From assembly GCF_006345805.1 (NCBI RefSeq), contig NC_043018.1, positions 15,376,001-15,440,000 of the forward strand: DNA of 64,000 nucleotides, given 5' to 3'. The DNA is from Octopus sinensis. Lineage: Eukaryota. This document shows, piece after piece, positions 55,263 through 60,022 of the stretch (position 1 is the stretch's first letter; each line of letters starts with the position of its first letter). The position numbers were made by a program, and so were the translations under genes. The notes below the pieces were generated by a model. The model did not search any database and had not been told where the DNA came from. It was given only the letters and a program-made list of their open reading frames with translations.

Positions 55263-55294
<32 letters not shown>

Positions 55295-58200
55295 GCTGTT
55301 GTTGTTGTTGTTGTTGTTGTTGTTGTCGTCGTCGTCGTCGTCATCGTCGTCGTCGTCGTCGTTGTTGTTGTTTATTCATTGATTGTAATCGTATGATACC
55401 CATTCACTCCTACTGTATGACAACCTGGACAAATGTCTTATGTCATAATTTTAGATTTACTAAAATCTTTTGAATGGAATTAAATAAAAAGCAACCATTT
55501 TGGCAGAGGCCAGTTAGAAGGTTTGCTATTCCTGATCAAGCAGAGCTATGAACAAAGGGATTCCACCCATGACCATCCTGTTCTTTCTTTTTTTTTTTTC
55601 CATATTAAAAACTACGATGTCCATTGTGTCTTTCATTTTTATTGCAACTGTAATATGCAGTTACTATTTCTGGCATGTCAAGTTATGTAGTAAAGACTGA
55701 CTCATTGGTTTGTTGTTGAGCAAGAATAAGGATTAAAGATATTCCAGCCTTGACCATCTCATCTAAAATTTAGAAAAAATCCAGCATTATGTTATCCATG
55801 GGTTCCCATTCTTATTTTTAAGATGGTAGGATATAGCATGTGGGATGAAGGAAAATTTGGTTGCAAGCTGATCATGTGACCACACTGAAATCTTCTTTAG
55901 CTCTCTCATAAGCTACCCTGCAAAGTCTTAAAGTGGTTGATCTTATGAAGGGCATCGAACCATAAAAGAAACAAGCCCAAACTGGAGAGAGAGAGAGAGA
56001 GAGAGCTGGTCATTGGATCCATTGTGTTCAGTCAAAGTATTCAACCCATGCCAGCATGGAGAGCATATATAAAATCAAAACAGTAGTGAAGACAATTGTT
56101 CATGGCCTTTTCAAGAATATGAATGATGATTATAAGCAAACAGAAATGGTCCCAGTTATCCTTTGCTGACCAACCAAACAAGATTTGGTTTAATGGTCAC
56201 TTTGCTAAAATCTTGTAGATTTCATTAAAGTTGTTGGCTGAACAGAACTGAGATCTTAGAATTTCTAGTCATAACTAGCTTAGTTCTGAGTCAGACATAA
56301 TGTATCGAGGACTACATTGTCCAAAATGTTCTTCATTATGCAAGATGGTAAGGTTCAAGCAAACTTCTTAACTACAAAGTTATGACTACATCTATTTAAA
56401 AATTTTCTTATGTTGACCATGTAATTTCATTTAGCTCTCATTGTTTGTTTTTAAACCTATCAGTGTACCCTTACATCCGGGAACAGCCATCATTTAAGGT
56501 GGAAGTGAATGAAGAAGATAGTTTCAAGTTCGCCTGCTATTTTGTATACCCAAGGACTCCAGGCATACAAGTTTTTATCGAATGGTATATGGATTCATCT
56601 TTAATCAAAGTAGAACCCACCCAGCTTGGTCGATCAGTTTCTCTGCTATCAATTGAAAATATAAAAGGCATCAAATATGGTTCAAAGGTAATGTAAACAC
56701 ATCTGAAAGAATGAGTGTTGGTTAAAACTACCCAGGGTTTCCTGTTTTATGGCTGTTTTACCCCACTCATTCTTTTGTCATTCCACTCACTGATTATTTA
56801 CTAATATTCCATATATAGCTAAAATCAAGTTTTACACCTGTTAGACTATGCTTCTCTTAAGAGACTTTATAAAATTAAAATAAAATTAGAATCATCTCCA
56901 TACAACAGTCAAGATCAAGTTGTCTTGGTTTGTAGAATAGGTATACTGTATCCTTTTAACACTGTAAAAGCAGGAGTAAAGAGATGTGCAAAAGTCTGAG
57001 TATTACATAGAACGCATTTGGGTATTTTCCCAGCTCTGCATTCAAATTTTACCTTCGGAGTCATTGACTGAATGGTATCATGACTGGATGATGGACTGGT
57101 TGAATTGTTAGAACATTGGATAGGATGTCTTGCAGTGTGTGTTCTTATTCTTTATCTTTTCACAACAATACTTCTGATGACTTGGGTACAAAGCTATATC
57201 AGCATAGGACAGGGACCTTTCTTAAATAAACATTGTGTGAAGAGGGTAACAATCATACCAGTGTTGACCAAGCTTGAGCCTACACGTGTTGATACATGGA
57301 TAATTCTGACCCCTAAAACTGTATCAGTGGCCTACACAACTCTGCCTAGCCTTGCTGAATTAATTGCAAAACTATTCTATGGGGTATAATAAAAGGGTTC
57401 CAGTTCTGAGTTCAAGTAGGAAATGAAAAATCATTCCTGCTTGAAAAGCTAGAATCTTCACTGGTCAGCCAGTTGTTGTTTACCCCTAATCCAGTTCTTA
57501 CTGAGCAGACCTATGATCAAACGATTATTTTGACTCAATGTAACTATAACTGTATTTTACCATGTTATGCACTTCATCTTTTGAGACTTTAGGATGTGAC
57601 TTAAAGAGAAGTGGCAGCCATTTCTAGCAATATAATTAACATATGTTCATTGATGTGAAGCTATGGGAAACTTCAACAACATGCATCGCTGCCACTTTAT
57701 TTAATACTAATAACTCGTAAGATATTGATAACTTATTTCAAAGAGAAGACAAAAGTCTCATTCAACCTGCCAGAAACAGCAACTACATATCCTTCGAATC
57801 ACACCATAGCAGTCTAAATAAAATCATAAACATATTGGATAATATAATCAATGTATCTAAAAAAAAAAAAAGATAATGATCCTGACTGGAATATTTCTGT
57901 TTGTAAATCTGCTCAGTGAGAGCCAACTTGGGGTTAAACAACAAAAACATTCAGTCATTCATTTCTGTTGCAATATTGATTTCAAATTTTGGTACAAGGC
58001 CAGCAATTTTGGGGGAGAGAGAGAGAGCAGTCAGTGCTCAACTGATACTTATTTTTATCAGCCCCCAAAAGGATGAAAGGAAAAGTCAACCTTGACAGAA
58101 TTTGAACTCAGAACATAAAGACAGACAAAATGCTGCCAAGTATTTTTCCCAGCATGCTGATTCTGCCAGTTTATTGTCCTAATCATCATCATCATCATCA

Positions 58201-59986
58201 TCATCGTTTAACGTCTGTTTTCCGCGCTGGCACGGTTTGGACGGTTCGACCGGGGTCTTGGGAGCCAGGGGCTGCCCCAGGCTCCAGTCTGATCTGGCAG
58301 TGTTTCTACAGCTGGATGCCCTTCCTAATGCCAACCACTCCGCGAGTGTAGTGGGTGCTTTTTACGTGCCACCTGCACAGGTGCCAGAGGGGTCTGGCAT
58401 CGGCCACGATCGGTTGGTGCTTTTTTATGTGCCACCGGCACAGAAGCCATTCGAGGCAGGGTTGGCATCGGTCACGTTCGGATGGTGCTTTTTTGCAATA
58501 TTAAAAAAAGAATAAGGCAGCAAGCTGGCAGAATCCTTAGCAGACGGGGCAAAATGCTTAGTGGCCATTCGTCTGTCTTTATGTTCAGAGTTCAAATTCT
58601 GCTGAGTTTGATTTTGCCTTTTATCCTTTCCGGGTTGATAAAAATAAGTATCATCTGAGCAGTAAAATCAATTTTTTTGATCTGGCCCCTTCCCCCCAAA
58701 CCTGCTGCCCTTGTGCCAAAATTTGAAGCCAATAATAAAAGCAAATATTTCTTATAAATGCCCAAAACAATTCCAATGATGTGTTTCTTTAATTTCAGTT
58801 TTCTTGTGCTATGACTGCATGTTTCAACAGCAACTGTTCCTTCACCCGAAGTCCTCCAAGACGAAGTAATGTTATTTCTGCTGAACTTGAGGTAACTTAA
58901 GCATAATTTCAATAATCATTTTATGAGAATGTAACCTGCTGCCATCTAAATTAAGATTACTTTATTTATCAATAAATAATTGCTTCTCTTGTACATTGAT
59001 AATATAGCCAGGACCCCATCTCAAAGTCAAGCTATTTAAGGCCAGAAAATACGTCAACCTTCATCAGTTATTGATCTTCAAAGTTCTGATGAGATCCATA
59101 ATGGAGCATTGCTCCCCCTGTCAGGAAGGTCCTACTGTTGCCCACTAGACGTCCTATATCACATCTAGAAAAGATCACTTGGCTGATTAGCATAAAGTTA
59201 CTTCTAAACATACTTCAGCTACTTGCCCACAGATGTGCTGTATCCTGTTTCCCCCTTTTCTACCATTCCCCTATTGGCCCCTTGCACGATAAGCAGTCAT
59301 GTAATCACTGCTTCAACAAGACACTTGCATCTTTCCCTCTATCTTACTTACATATCCCTTGACACTATGCCTCCTCTCAGTCAAGTGATTTTGTCTTGCA
59401 GATACATGGTCACCTCATCAGTGTTGGTGCCATGCAAAAAAGCACCCAGTACACTCTGTGATGCGATTGGCATTAAGAAGAGTATCCAGCTGGAGAAACC
59501 CTGTCAAAGCAGACAGTGGGGCTCAGCCTAGTCTCTCTGGTCCATTAGTTTATGTTAAACCATTCAACCCATGCCAGCACGAGAGAAGAATCTTAAAGGA
59601 TATTCATGATGTGTGTGTATGTGTGCATATGCATGTATATATGTATTATATATGTATATATATCATCATTATCATCATCATCATCATTTAGCGTCCGCTT
59701 TCCATGCTAGCATGGGTTGGACGGGTCAACTGGGGTCTGTGAAGCTGGAAGGCTTCGTCAAGCCCAGTCAGATCTGGCAGTGTTTCTACGGCTGGATGCC
59801 CTTCCTAACGCCAACCACTCCGCGAGTGTAGTGGGTGTTTTTTACGTGCCACCTGCACCATATATATATATTAATTATATTTTTTAGTAATTTTGTTACA
59901 TATTTAAATAATATAAATTAATCATATGTATTGGCTTAAGTCTTTCATTGTTTGATTTGCCTAATAGTGGTTTTGTCTCTAATTTA

Positions 59987-60022
<36 letters not shown>

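Noticed and set aside
59030-59115. Two CTGATGA motifs on opposite strands with short stems
   Set aside because: Neither is followed by GAAA in register; too degenerate to call.
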